A stretch of DNA of 48,081 nt from Alistipes sp. (GTDB lineage: Bacteria > Bacteroidota > Bacteroidia > Bacteroidales > Rikenellaceae), in assembly GCA_017632115.1 (NCBI GenBank), contig JAGBRY010000113.1:1-48081 (forward strand). The letters run 5' to 3'. Below the pieces are notes generated by a model. That model made no database searches. It was not told where the DNA came from and saw only the letters and a list, made by a program, of their open reading frames with translations. Made by a program: the position numbers and the translations under genes. This document shows, in pieces, positions 35,203 to 47,059 of this stretch (position 1 is its first letter; the number at the start of each line of letters is the position of its first letter).

Positions 35203-37086
35203 TTACAGCAATTTCGACAATGACTCCAAGTTCTTCTCGTTGAGCAACTGCTTACCCTCAGCCGTATAAGCGTAGTCGATACGATCGGCAAAGTGCGACT
35301 CAACCTTGTTGCGCACAACCTTCATTGTACTATTCACCAATCCGTTCTGCTCGGTGAAAGCCTCGTCTACAATAGCCAACGCTGCAGGCAACCAGCGATC
35401 CGGGAACTCCTCGCCGAACTCGCCACCTGTACGATACTTGCGAATCTCCGAGTCAATCAACTCTGCAGCCTTTGCAGCATCGTTGCCCACCGCCTTGCGC
35501 AAGGCATCCTTATTAGGCACCACGATAGCGATAGTGTATGGATTCTGGTTGTTGTGCAAGATAATCTGATCGATATATGGCGACTTATCCACCATAGCCT
35601 CCTCCATACCCTCAGGGCTATACTTCTCTCCATCGCTTGCAATCAACAAGCTCTTGAAGCGGCCCAAAACATAGAGGAAACCATCCTTACCCATATATCC
35701 CATATCGCCTGTATGGAGCCAACCGTCAACAACGGTCTCGGCGGTAGCCGAAGGATTCTTCCAATAGCCCGCCATAACATTCTCACCCTTGATAACAATC
35801 TCGCCCTTCTCTCCGAGTGGCAACTCGTTACCCTCGTTGTCGAGAATCTTCAACTCCAAAGGCTGAATAACGATACCCGACGAGCCAAAGCGATGACGGC
35901 CCTTGCCGAGTGAGTTCGCCGAGATGATAGGCGTAGCCTCCGACAAGCCGTAGCCCTGCAACATAGGCATACCCACGGCGTAGAAGAAGCGCTGCAACTC
36001 CGAGTCGAGCAATGCGCCACCACCAACGAAGAACTTAATGTTGCCACCAAAGCCCTGGCGCACCTTCTCGAAGAGAATCTTATCGAACAGTGCCACAAGC
36101 GGCTTCAACACAAAACGCCAGCCCTTACCCTTGGTATAGCCATCCTGGTTATACTCGTAGGCCACCTTCAAAGCAAAGTTGAAGAGTTTTTCAACTGTAG
36201 GGCCCTGCTTATGAATCGACGCCTCGATATTCTTTCGGAAATTCTTAGCCAAAGCCGGTACCGACAAGAGCACATGCGGCTTCACCTCACGGATATTACC
36301 CGGCACATTCTTCAAAGTCTCGAGTGGAGTGCGACCTACCTGTGTAGTGGCAACTGACGCACCGCAAGCAACCATGATATAGAAGCCTGCCACATGAGCA
36401 AAGCAGTGGTCGAGTGGAAGGATGATAAACATCGTATAGTCCGACGGAATCGAAATACGAGTCAATGCCTGCTCGACATTTGCAGTATAGTTGCGGTGTG
36501 TGAGAATTACACCCTTAGGGTCGGCTGTAGTACCCGAGGTATAGGTAATAGTGGCGTAGTCATCGTTTTGTACCGCCTGACCGATTGCGAGGAACTCCTC
36601 ACGATGCTCAGCGAGGTACTTTTCGCCCATAGCATTCAGCTCGGCAAGCGAGATCTCGCCCTCCTGCAACTCAATATCACCCCAAACGATGATATGCTTC
36701 AAGAGTGGCAACTGCTCACGGATAGCACGAATCTTCGGAAGTTGATTGCGTGAAACAAAAATTGCTACCACATCGGCGTGACGCAAACGGAAGAGCAAGT
36801 CGTTTGCCTCCTCCAACTTTATAGACAACGGAACACTAATTGCTCCGGCATAGAGCAAACCCAACTCCGAGGTTATCCAAGCGTTGCAGCCCTCGGCCAA
36901 AATCGAAACTGCCTGCTTAGGCTCGATGCCGAGTGCAACCAAACCTGCACCAGTTTTCAATGCTATCTCACGAGTCTCGGCATATGTCGTAGACTCGAAT
37001 TCGCTTGTCGTCTTTTCGAGCAAGAAGGGTTTTTCGCCAAACTTCTCGACCGACGACTCAAACAAATCGATAATTGTTTTTTTCAT
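35203..37086 (-). CDS. Long-chain fatty acid--CoA ligase (AMP-binding)
   Basis: YTSGTTADPKG, QGYGLSEA, GWLHTGDMG, GRFKSL. Confidence 0.92.
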   Translation of the reverse strand: MKKTIIDLFESSVEKFGEKPFLLEKTTSEFESTTYAETREIALKTGAGLVALGIEPKQAVSILAEGCNAWITSELGLLYAGAISVPLSIKLEEANDLLFRLRHADVVAIFVSRNQLPKIRAIREQLPLLKHIIVWGDIELQEGEISLAELNAMGEKYLAEHREEFLAIGQAVQNDDYATITYTSGTTADPKGVILTHRNYTANVEQALTRISIPSDYTMFIILPLDHCFAHVAGFYIMVACGASVATTQVGRTPLETLKNVPGNIREVKPHVLLSVPALAKNFRKNIEASIHKQGPTVEKLFNFALKVAYEYNQDGYTKGKGWRFVLKPLVALFDKILFEKVRQGFGGNIKFFVGGGALLDSELQRFFYAVGMPMLQGYGLSEATPIISANSLGKGRHRFGSSGIVIQPLELKILDNEGNELPLGEKGEIVIKGENVMAGYWKNPSATAETVVDGWLHTGDMGYMGKDGFLYVLGRFKSLLIASDGEKYSPEGMEEAMVDKSPYIDQIILHNNQNPYTIAIVVPNKDALRKAVGNDAAKAAELIDSEIRKYRTGGEFGEEFPDRWLPAALAIVDEAFTEQNGLVNSTMKVVRNKVESHFADRIDYAYTAEGKQLLNEKNLESLSKLL

Positions 37087-37114
37087 ATAGTAAACTTGTA
37101 GTTTCTGTCTTCAA

Positions 37115-38905
<1,791 letters not shown>

Positions 38906-38913
38906 AATCGAGG

Positions 38914-38958
38914 CAAAGATAGAAAAACAAACGGAAAACGGAAAGCGGAAAACGGAAA
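38914..38958 (-). promoter_or_regulatory. lepA -7 box with upstream (ACGGAAA)4 repeat
   Basis: CAAAGATA 38914-38921; heptamers 38931-38958. Confidence 0.65.
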
Positions 38959-38966
38959 ACTTTTAA

Positions 38967-40196
38967 TTAGAAATTAAAAATTGTCTTTACGACTCTCTCT
39001 GTTACCCCTCGATGCTGATTTACATAGACCTTTGCAAGGGCTGACAAGCGGGCCAGATAGTCATTATCACTCTTCAACTCATCAAACCACCCCTTCAACT
39101 CCTCGGCACTCCTAACCGAGCGACCTGCTCCGAGTTCTATCAAGTCGCAAGCCTCCTTGAATTTGCAATACTTCGGTCCAAAGGCCACAGGCATGCCGTA
39201 GACTGCCGCCTCCAAAGTGCTGTGGATGCCCACGCCGAAGCCTCCGCCAATATATGCCCACTCAGCCGAACCATAGACTCGAGAGAGCAGGCCTATAGTA
39301 TCGAGAACAAGCACCTGCTTTTCGGCAAAATCATCGGGTAGTTGCGTATAACGCACCGCACCACCCTTCACCTCTCGCAAAAGGCGTTCGATGCGCTCCT
39401 CGTCCATCTCGTGCGGAGCAACCACAAATTTTATATCGGGATTTTCATTTATGAGCGGCAAGAGAATCTCCTCATCGGGGCCCCAGGTCGAGCCTGCCAC
39501 AAAGAGTCGCTTATCGCCCTTAAACTTCTCTATCACCTCCACTCGCTTTGCCTCGTCGGCAATAGCAATAACCCTATCGAAGCGTGTATCGCCCGCCACA
39601 ACAACATTTTCAACACCAATCTCGGCAAGCAACTCTTTTGAGCCTTCGTTCTGCACAAAGAGGGTTTCGAATGTTCGGAGCGCCTCACGCCAAATGCCGC
39701 CAAGCGGATGAAAGAATATCGAATTGCGACGGAAGATTGCCGATGCAATATAGGTACGGATATTGCGACGACGCAACTCCGCAAGCATATTGAGCCAAAA
39801 CTCATTCTTCACAAAAATAGCCAGCTCGGGTTTTACTACATCGAGGAATTGTCGCACTCTCCGTCGAGTATCGGCGGGAATATAGAAGACAAAGTCGGCA
39901 TTCGGGTAGTTCTTGCGCATCTCGTAACCCGAAGGCGAGAAGAAGGTCAACAAAATTTTATAACCCGGGTAGTTGGCACGAATATAATCAACAATAGGTC
40001 GTCCCTGCTCAAATTCGCCCAGCGACGAAGAGTGTATCCAAACGATATGCTCGGCTTTGCCAACAGCCTGTTTCAGCCGCTCAGCCAACCCCTTACGCCC
40101 CTCGCACCACAGCCGGGCCTTCTCGTTGAAAGGCGCAGCCAGGCGGATAAGCAGGGCATATAACGCCATGCAGATATTATAGAGCCACTTCATCAT
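38967..40196 (-). CDS. waaA: 3-deoxy-D-manno-octulosonic acid (Kdo) transferase
   Basis: WIHSSSLGEFEQ, LTFFSPSGY, GDTRFD, VAGSTW, DTIGLL, YIGGGF..HSTLEAA; start uncertain (40193-40202). Confidence 0.92.
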   Translation of the reverse strand: MMKWLYNICMALYALLIRLAAPFNEKARLWCEGRKGLAERLKQAVGKAEHIVWIHSSSLGEFEQGRPIVDYIRANYPGYKILLTFFSPSGYEMRKNYPNADFVFYIPADTRRRVRQFLDVVKPELAIFVKNEFWLNMLAELRRRNIRTYIASAIFRRNSIFFHPLGGIWREALRTFETLFVQNEGSKELLAEIGVENVVVAGDTRFDRVIAIADEAKRVEVIEKFKGDKRLFVAGSTWGPDEEILLPLINENPDIKFVVAPHEMDEERIERLLREVKGGAVRYTQLPDDFAEKQVLVLDTIGLLSRVYGSAEWAYIGGGFGVGIHSTLEAAVYGMPVAFGPKYCKFKEACDLIELGAGRSVRSAEELKGWFDELKSDNDYLARLSALAKVYVNQHRGVTERVVKTIFNF

Positions 40197-40564
40197 TACC
40201 AACCATATTCCAATGCATCCTCAACAAAGCGCAATGCCTCCACTCTATCGCCCACCATTTCGATGGCAATCAGTGAAAATCGAGGTTCAAGCATCGAGTG
40301 GTGCTGAGCCATATATGCCGAGGCTGCACGACGCATAGCACGCAGTTTCTGCTCGTTGATAGCCTCCTCAGGGGCAGTCATCGTACCAAATTTACGAGTT
40401 TTCACCTCCACAAAGTGGAGTTCGTCGTGGCGTGTTGCAATGATATCGACCTCGCTGCGAGCAATGCGATAGTTGCGTTCGACAATCATAAAGCCGTTCC
40501 GGCGAAGGTAGTCCACCGCCGCCTGTTCGCCTATTGCGCCTCGTATCTGCTTCTCGGTCTGCAT
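40196..40564 (-). CDS. yraN: YraN (UPF0102) family protein
   Basis: GAIGEQAAVDYL..G..IVERNYR..EVDIIA..FVEVKTR. Confidence 0.92.
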   Translation of the reverse strand: MQTEKQIRGAIGEQAAVDYLRRNGFMIVERNYRIARSEVDIIATRHDELHFVEVKTRKFGTMTAPEEAINEQKLRAMRRAASAYMAQHHSMLEPRFSLIAIEMVGDRVEALRFVEDALEYGW

Positions 40565-41266
40565 CTACAACAGGAAGCTCAAGTCGTCACCCGCCTGAAC
40601 TTCGTATGCTGCTACTCCCTTCTTGAAAATTCGCATTGGACGAGAGCCGATAAGCTCCAATTTGCCATCTACATAGCGCAACATACAACCCTCACGCAAG
40701 CCTACAACATAGCGGCGTGGGTTAGCCTCGATATACTCCTCGATACGCTGCTCACGGGTCTCACCTGCATGGCCCTCGGGATTTGCGTCGAGATAGTGCG
40801 GGTTAATCTGGAACTTAACCGCTCCGATAGCCTTGAACGACTCAGGCTCCACGATAGGCATATCGTTGGTGGTGCAGATTGTAGGACAGCAGACATTGCT
40901 ACCTGCCGACCAACCTACATACGGAGTACCATCTTTGACCTGCTTTAGGATAGCCTTCATAAGGCCCTGCTCCTGCATCTTCTTGGTGAGAGCAAAGGTA
41001 TTGCCACCGCCTACACAGATGGCCTGAGCCTCCTTGATAGCTTTGCGAGGATTCTTCTCACGATGGATAGAGCGCACCTTCACGCCAATCTCATTAAAGC
41101 GCTCCTGGACCTTACGCTCATACTCATCGTAGGAGAAGGTAACGGCTGCATAAGGAACGAAAACAACCTCGCTCACGCCCTGCAAATGGTTGGCAATCTG
41201 CCCAATCGGATACTTCAAATATGCCTCTCCGGCATTAGTTGAATTTGAGATAAGTAATAATTTCAT
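40565..41266 (-). CDS. pepE: Dipeptidase E
   Basis: LLLISNST, VGGGNTF, GWSAGSN, TTNDMPI, QINPHY, GETREQRI. Confidence 0.95.
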   Translation of the reverse strand: MKLLLISNSTNAGEAYLKYPIGQIANHLQGVSEVVFVPYAAVTFSYDEYERKVQERFNEIGVKVRSIHREKNPRKAIKEAQAICVGGGNTFALTKKMQEQGLMKAILKQVKDGTPYVGWSAGSNVCCPTICTTNDMPIVEPESFKAIGAVKFQINPHYLDANPEGHAGETREQRIEEYIEANPRRYVVGLREGCMLRYVDGKLELIGSRPMRIFKKGVAAYEVQAGDDLSFLL

Positions 41267-41339
41267 ATATTATACTGATTTTCAATGATTTACAATTTTC
41301 ACAGCACGAAGTGTTTATAAATTCTTCGTAAATTTATGC

Positions 41340-41367
41340 CAAAGATAAGAAAAAAATGCTACATTTG
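41340..41367. promoter_or_regulatory. Back-to-back -7 boxes for pepE (-) and the acpP operon (+)
   Basis: CAAAGATA 41340-41347 and TACATTTG 41360-41367. Confidence 0.6.
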
Positions 41368-41503
41368 CACCGTTGCGTTTCCATATTTTTAATATGTTTG
41401 ACGATAAATCATCGCTCAGAACGACATAGGAACGCATTTTGGAAAAGAAATTGAAAGAAATTTACATACAACTAAACTATTGTTAAATTAAAAACTGAAA
41501 GTT

Positions 41504-41737
41504 ATGTCAGAGATTCAAGAAAAAGTTGTTAAGATTATCGTTGACAAGTTGGGCGTTAAGGAGTCGGAGGTAACCCCTGAGGCTACATTTACAGGCGACC
41601 TCGGTGCTGATTCGTTGGACACCGTTGAGCTCGTTATGGAGTTCGAGAAGGCATTCGGCGTTCAGGTTGAGGACGAGGCTGCTGAGAAGTTCCAGACTGT
41701 AGGTGATGTTATCGCTTACATCGAGGAGCACAAATAG
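41504..41737 (+). CDS. acpP: Acyl carrier protein
   Basis: [17 protein letters not shown]. Confidence 0.98.
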   Translation: MSEIQEKVVKIIVDKLGVKESEVTPEATFTGDLGADSLDTVELVMEFEKAFGVQVEDEAAEKFQTVGDVIAYIEEHK

Positions 41738-41778
41738 TCTTACACACATTTGAAGTTTCAAACCGGCATACAGTGCGT

Positions 41779-43029
41779 ATGAAAGAGGCAAGACGAGTTG
41801 TTGTTACAGGAATAGGCACTATTAACCCCATCGGACACAATATCGAGGAGTATTTTACTAATCTCGAGCAGGGTGTGTCAGGTGCGACTGAAATAACACT
41901 CTTCGATGCCACCAATTTCAAATCACGCATTGCGTGCGAGGTTAAAAATTACGATTGGACCAATTACTTCGATCGCAAAGAGGTTCGCAAATATGACCGA
42001 TTCTGTCAGTTTGCGCTCATAGCGGCAACCGAAGCTGTCGAGGATGCTTCCTTCGACTTCGACACCCTCAACAAAGAGCGTGCAGGCGTTATTTGGAGTT
42101 CGGGTATCGGTGGTCTTCAATCTTTACAAAACGAAGTTATGGGCTGGGCCGAGGGAGATGGTATCCCTCGCTTCAGCCCATTCCTTGTACCCCACCTCAT
42201 CACCGATATCGCTGCAGGACACATCTCTATAAAGTATGGTTTGATGGGTCCAAACTACAGCGTTACATCGGCTTGCGCATCGTCGAACCACGCAATGATC
42301 GACGCCTTGAACCTCATCCGCTGGGGTAAGGCAGATGTCATAGTTACAGGAGGCTCAGAGGCCCCAATAACCATCTCTGCAGTAGGAGGTTTCTCGTCGA
42401 TGCACGCACTCTCCACCCGCAACGACGACCCTTCGCACGCCTCTCGTCCGTTCGACGCAGGCCGTGACGGCTTCGTTATTGGCGAGGGAGCAGGTGCACT
42501 CGTATTCGAGGAGTACGAACACGCCAAGGCTCGAGGTGCAAAGATCTACTGCGAGGTTGTCGGCGGCGGAATGTCGGCCGATGCCTACCATATGACCGCC
42601 CCTCACCCCGAGGGCAAAGGTGCAATAATGTCAATGCAGGATGCTCTGAACGATGCCGAGTTGACAATAGAGGATATCGACTACCTCAATACTCACGGCA
42701 CATCGACCCCTCTTGGCGATATTGCTGAGTTGACAGCCATACAGTCACTCTTCGGAGAGCACGCCTACAAGATGAATATCTCGTCGACGAAGTCTATGAC
42801 AGGCCACCTGCTTGGTGCCACTGCAGCAACCGAGGCATTGGCTTGCATTATGGCTATCAACCGAGGCATAGTACCTCCGACCATAAATGTCGAGGAGGTT
42901 GACCCTCAGATTGACTCGAAACTAAATTTGACACTCGGTAAGGCTCAGAAGCGAGAGGTTCGTTGCGCCATGAGCAACACCTTCGGCTTCGGAGGACACA
43001 ACTCTACCGTAGTGTTCCGCAAAATCTAA
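41779..43029 (+). CDS. fabF: Beta-ketoacyl-ACP synthase II
   Basis: RRVVVTGIG, SACASS, HGTSTPLGD, KSMTGHLLG, SNTFGFGGHN. Confidence 0.96.
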   Translation: MKEARRVVVTGIGTINPIGHNIEEYFTNLEQGVSGATEITLFDATNFKSRIACEVKNYDWTNYFDRKEVRKYDRFCQFALIAATEAVEDASFDFDTLNKERAGVIWSSGIGGLQSLQNEVMGWAEGDGIPRFSPFLVPHLITDIAAGHISIKYGLMGPNYSVTSACASSNHAMIDALNLIRWGKADVIVTGGSEAPITISAVGGFSSMHALSTRNDDPSHASRPFDAGRDGFVIGEGAGALVFEEYEHAKARGAKIYCEVVGGGMSADAYHMTAPHPEGKGAIMSMQDALNDAELTIEDIDYLNTHGTSTPLGDIAELTAIQSLFGEHAYKMNISSTKSMTGHLLGATAATEALACIMAINRGIVPPTINVEEVDPQIDSKLNLTLGKAQKREVRCAMSNTFGFGGHNSTVVFRKI

Positions 43030-43039
43030 TCACAAGATT

Positions 43040-43810
43040 ATGTTAGACTTTATACTCCGTCCGATACGCCGTAATTTCGGACGCAATAAATTATACTATC
43101 GAATCATCGACGATATGTTCGGCTTTATCCCGAACAATATCGAACTCTATAAGTTGGCACTTATCCACAAGTCGGCATCGGTAGAGATGGGTGGTCGCAG
43201 CATCAACAACGAGCGACTCGAGTTCCTGGGCGATGCCGTAATCGAGAGCATCACCTCGGACTACCTCTTTATTGAGTATCCCGATTATGACGAGGGCAAA
43301 CTCACCAAGTTGCGCTCGAAGTTGGTATCACGCCAATCGCTCAACGCTATAGCCTGCAAACTCGGCTTGGACAAGCACATCATCTGCTGTCGCTCGATAA
43401 ATGCAACGCAGAAGCACATCTTCGGCGATGCCTTCGAGGCTATAATGGGTGCGATCTACCTGGATCAGGGCTACAACTTCGCTAACAGACTGCTCATCAA
43501 CAACATATATTCGCAAAATCTCTCACTCGAGGAGGTCGATGAAACTGAAACCGACTTCAAGAGCCGCCTTATCGAATGGGGGCAGAAGAATCATCACGCT
43601 GTGGTTTTCCGTACCAAAGGTACACCTACCGGAGCAGGGGGCACACGCTCGTTCCGTTGCACTATCCTGATAGACAATTTGGAGGTTGGTCACGGCATTG
43701 GTTCGTCGAAGAAGGAGGCCGAGCAGAAGGCTGCTCAGTCTGCAACTTATGAGCCGAGCGACGAGGAGGTTGCACGAATGCTCGACCGATTGGACAAGAT
43801 GAGCAAATAG
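43040..43810 (+). CDS. rnc: Ribonuclease III
   Basis: NERLEFLGDAV, GDAFEAIMGAIYLDQG, dsRBD ending SKKEAEQKAA. Confidence 0.96.
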   Translation: MLDFILRPIRRNFGRNKLYYRIIDDMFGFIPNNIELYKLALIHKSASVEMGGRSINNERLEFLGDAVIESITSDYLFIEYPDYDEGKLTKLRSKLVSRQSLNAIACKLGLDKHIICCRSINATQKHIFGDAFEAIMGAIYLDQGYNFANRLLINNIYSQNLSLEEVDETETDFKSRLIEWGQKNHHAVVFRTKGTPTGAGGTRSFRCTILIDNLEVGHGIGSSKKEAEQKAAQSATYEPSDEEVARMLDRLDKMSK

Positions 43811-43822
43811 CACTACGGAACA

Positions 43823-44452
43823 ATGCAGGAGATTAGGAATAAAATAGCCATTCGAGGCTTCGAGGCTCTATCGGATGTGGAGATACTCTCCGTTTTGCTG
43901 GAGGATGAGGCTCTCGCCGAGGCGCTGATTGCCGAGTGTGGTTCATTGGCAGGAGTTGCAAATCTCCCATCTTCCCGACTGCGAATGATTGCCGGATTGG
44001 GTGCAAAGCGCACCGAGCGTGTTCAGGCGGCTATCGAAATAGGACATCGCATATCGTCGGCAAATAGAGCCGTCGAGGAGAGCATATCTTCGAGCGAAGA
44101 TGTGGTTCGCATTATGCGTCCGAAATTGCAAGACAAAAAACACGAAGAGTGCTGGGTGTTGTTCCTCACAAACTCAAATCGTATTATCGAGTGTCGATGT
44201 ATGAGTCAAGGTGGCGTGCAAGCAACCGTTGTCGATCATCGCCTTATCATAAAAAGGGCATTAGAGTTGCTTTCTACTCGAATAATAATCGTTCATAACC
44301 ACCCTTCAGGTAGTGCTACACCGAGTGGTGCAGACTTCGAGATAACGAAGAAAATTAAGGATGCGGCCTCGCTCTTCGATATTCAATTGCTCGACCACAT
44401 CATTGTCAGCACAACCGAAAGTTACTCTTTTAAGAGTAACGGTAAGTTGTAA
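43823..44452 (+). CDS. radC: RadC/JAB-domain protein
   Basis: EALSDVEIL, EECWVLFL, VHNHPSG..PSGAD, LLDHIIV. Confidence 0.93.
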   Translation: MQEIRNKIAIRGFEALSDVEILSVLLEDEALAEALIAECGSLAGVANLPSSRLRMIAGLGAKRTERVQAAIEIGHRISSANRAVEESISSSEDVVRIMRPKLQDKKHEECWVLFLTNSNRIIECRCMSQGGVQATVVDHRLIIKRALELLSTRIIIVHNHPSGSATPSGADFEITKKIKDAASLFDIQLLDHIIVSTTESYSFKSNGKL

Positions 44453-44547
44453 AAAGGGTAACACATATTAAATTATTTCTCTTTAGCCATTGTTTTTCGC
44501 AAAATAATGGCTAATTTTGTCGTAATAAAATCCTAAAAAATACAAAA

Positions 44548-45957
44548 ATGAAAAGAAGAACTATTGCGCTATGCACATTGCTTTTGGCGGTCATCACCTC
44601 GGCACTTGTTTTTGTTGTCGGAGGCAACGACAAGCCTTACACCATTAAGAAGGGAATGATTCACTTCGACGAGCCAAAGCGTGAGGCTGGTCAGACCTCG
44701 ATGCTCGGTTTTGCGGCAGAGCCTATCGACACCGTTCGTATCGGTATCATCGGCATCGGTCAACGAGGCAAGGGACCATTGAAGCGTATGTCATTTATCG
44801 AAGGTGTAAAGATTGTGGCTATCTGCGATCTTCACCAGAAGAATATCGACAAGGGACAGGCTCGCCTCGAGAAGTATGGTATGCCTCGTGCCGACGAGTA
44901 TGTTGGCGAGGAGGCTTGGAAGCAGGTGTGCCAGCGAGAGGATATCGACCTCATATACATCACAACCGATTGGTTGTCGCACACCCCTATCGCAGTCTAT
45001 GCAATGGAGCATGGCAAGCATGTGGCTATTGAGGTTCCGGCTGCAACATCGGTTGCAGAGTGTTGGCAGTTGGTTGACACTTCGGAGCGCACCCGTCGTC
45101 ACTGCATGATGCTCGAGAACTGCATCTACGACCACTTCGAGCTTACAGCCCTCAACATGGCACAGCAGGGACTCTTTGGCGAGATTATCCACGCCGAGGG
45201 TGCCTACATTCACGCACTCGATAAGTTCTGGCCATTGTTCAACGACAATTGGCGCTTGAAGTTCAATCAGGAGCACCGAGGTGATGTCTATGCAACACAC
45301 GGCCTTGGCCCTGTATGTTTTGCTCTCAATATCCACCGTGGTGACCGTATGACACACCTTGTGTCGATGGATACCGATTCGTGGGTTGGCAAGGAGTTGG
45401 CAAAGGAGTCGCTCGGCACCGAGGAGTTCGCAAATGGCGACCACACCTCGACCCTTATCCGCACAGCAAAGGGTAAGACTATCGAGTTGCAGCACAATGT
45501 CTACACCCCACGCCCATACAACCGTCTGTATCAGCTCACCGGAACAAAGGGCTTTGCCAACAAGTACCCTGTGCAGGGTATTCTTCTCGAGCACGACAAG
45601 ATGGCTGATAGCGGTGTAGTGCCTAATCACGAAGACCTTTCGTCGCATAAGTTCTTGCCAAAGGAGGCGTTCGACGCTTTGATGGAGAAGTATCGCCACC
45701 CTATCCAGAAGGAGTTGCTCGAGCACGCAAAGAAGGTCGGAGGCCACGGAGGTATGGACTTCATCATGGACTACCGTCTTATCTACTGCTTGCGCCACGG
45801 CTTGCCACTCGATCAGGATGTATACGATGCAGCTGAGTGGTCGTGCATTGGCGAGTTGACTGCAGCATCTATCGAGAACAACTCAATGCCTGTTGCTTTC
45901 CCTGATTTCACCCGTGGTGAGTGGAACAAACTCAAGGGCGTAACATTCGCAAAGTAA
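44548..45957 (+). CDS. Gfo/Idh/MocA oxidoreductase, GH109 alpha-N-acetylgalactosaminidase-like
   Basis: GIIGIGQRG, HVAIEVP, MMLENCIY, YATHGLGP, GGHGGMD. Confidence 0.88.
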   Translation: MKRRTIALCTLLLAVITSALVFVVGGNDKPYTIKKGMIHFDEPKREAGQTSMLGFAAEPIDTVRIGIIGIGQRGKGPLKRMSFIEGVKIVAICDLHQKNIDKGQARLEKYGMPRADEYVGEEAWKQVCQREDIDLIYITTDWLSHTPIAVYAMEHGKHVAIEVPAATSVAECWQLVDTSERTRRHCMMLENCIYDHFELTALNMAQQGLFGEIIHAEGAYIHALDKFWPLFNDNWRLKFNQEHRGDVYATHGLGPVCFALNIHRGDRMTHLVSMDTDSWVGKELAKESLGTEEFANGDHTSTLIRTAKGKTIELQHNVYTPRPYNRLYQLTGTKGFANKYPVQGILLEHDKMADSGVVPNHEDLSSHKFLPKEAFDALMEKYRHPIQKELLEHAKKVGGHGGMDFIMDYRLIYCLRHGLPLDQDVYDAAEWSCIGELTAASIENNSMPVAFPDFTRGEWNKLKGVTFAK

Positions 45958-45968
45958 TCGAGTAGGTT

Positions 45969-46958
45969 GTGATACCTACAATGACATATTTCAAAGTGGC
46001 TCTGTCTGCCCCTGCGCACCATTTCAAGCGCTTGAGGTCGGCAGAGCCTCTTCTTTACAATGGTTCGCCTATCATCAGGCGCACAAATTCGGCCATCGAG
46101 TCGGAGATATTGTGGAAAGGACGACGCTTTATGCTCTATCTGCCACTCCAGGCCGAAAGCATACACAAAATAGAGGAGCTGGAGTCTATAGCTCGGGAGC
46201 GTAGCCGAGGTCCACTACTCGAAAATCACATACTCTACGAGGAGCTTATGATGTTCGACTCTGTCGGACACAAACACCTCTTCGACATCGTTTTGCAGGA
46301 GTTACCATCGGGCAAAACACTAAGAGAGGCCGTGAACTGCTATCGTGCCAACGATCTAAAAGCTGCCATACAGAAGATGAAGTGTCGTCTTGATGCCATA
46401 GGTTTTCGGCACAACAACCTCACTCTCTCGAACATTCTGATTTGCGACAGTGGCATAGCTCGCCCGCTACGATATTGGTATGCCGATTGGGAGCTCTACT
46501 CCGACAACGATATCTCTCAGCTGATTGACTTTATAGAGAGGAGTAGCCACGCCGAATTCGACGCCACGCTATCGCCTCTATTGGCGCAAGATTGCGAAGC
46601 CGAATACAACGCATCTCCTACCGCTAAAAGAGCTATCACACTCCGCTGCAAAGGCCACCGCTACGGCTTTGTCGATAGTGACGGACGAATGATAACCCCT
46701 TTCATCTACTCGTGGGCAAGCAATTTCGAAGAGGGGCGTGCCATTGTGGCCAAGAATGGTAAAATGGGTGCAATAGATTGCAACGGGCGCAAAGTTATAC
46801 CCGTAATTTACAACTCGTTGGAGTTCAACATCGAAACGGGATTTTTCACGGCAACTCGCACACCATATTGCTACCTGATAGACTACGACGGAAAGATTGT
46901 TCGTCGCACAAGAATCGAAGAAAACGAGCACGCTATGGCTGCGGTTGAGCATTTTTAG
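45969..46958 (+). CDS. Degenerate kinase-like domain plus WG-repeat protein
   Basis: GFRHNNLTLSNILI (kinase catalytic-loop-like); YGFVDSDGRMITPFIY..ASNFEEGRA, MGAIDCNGRKVIPVIY WG repeats. Confidence 0.75.
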   Translation: MIPTMTYFKVALSAPAHHFKRLRSAEPLLYNGSPIIRRTNSAIESEILWKGRRFMLYLPLQAESIHKIEELESIARERSRGPLLENHILYEELMMFDSVGHKHLFDIVLQELPSGKTLREAVNCYRANDLKAAIQKMKCRLDAIGFRHNNLTLSNILICDSGIARPLRYWYADWELYSDNDISQLIDFIERSSHAEFDATLSPLLAQDCEAEYNASPTAKRAITLRCKGHRYGFVDSDGRMITPFIYSWASNFEEGRAIVAKNGKMGAIDCNGRKVIPVIYNSLEFNIETGFFTATRTPYCYLIDYDGKIVRRTRIEENEHAMAAVEHF

Positions 46959-47010
46959 CTTATAATTTTTAATTTTTAATTAAAAAGTCGCAGACTTTTC
47001 TTATCTTTGC
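46954..47010 (+). repeat. Promoter-bearing dispersed repeat, copy 2 (upstream of glyQS)
   Basis: Reverse complement matches 11045-11100; TATCTTTG at 47002-47009. Confidence 0.8.
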
Positions 47011-47059
47011 GCACTGATAGTACACTTTCACAAGCAAATACAAAAAAACTATATATACT

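Noticed and set aside
43823-44452. radC as a mobile-element marker
   Set aside because: Full-length chromosomal type within the acpP-fabF-rnc operon, with no mobility genes nearby.
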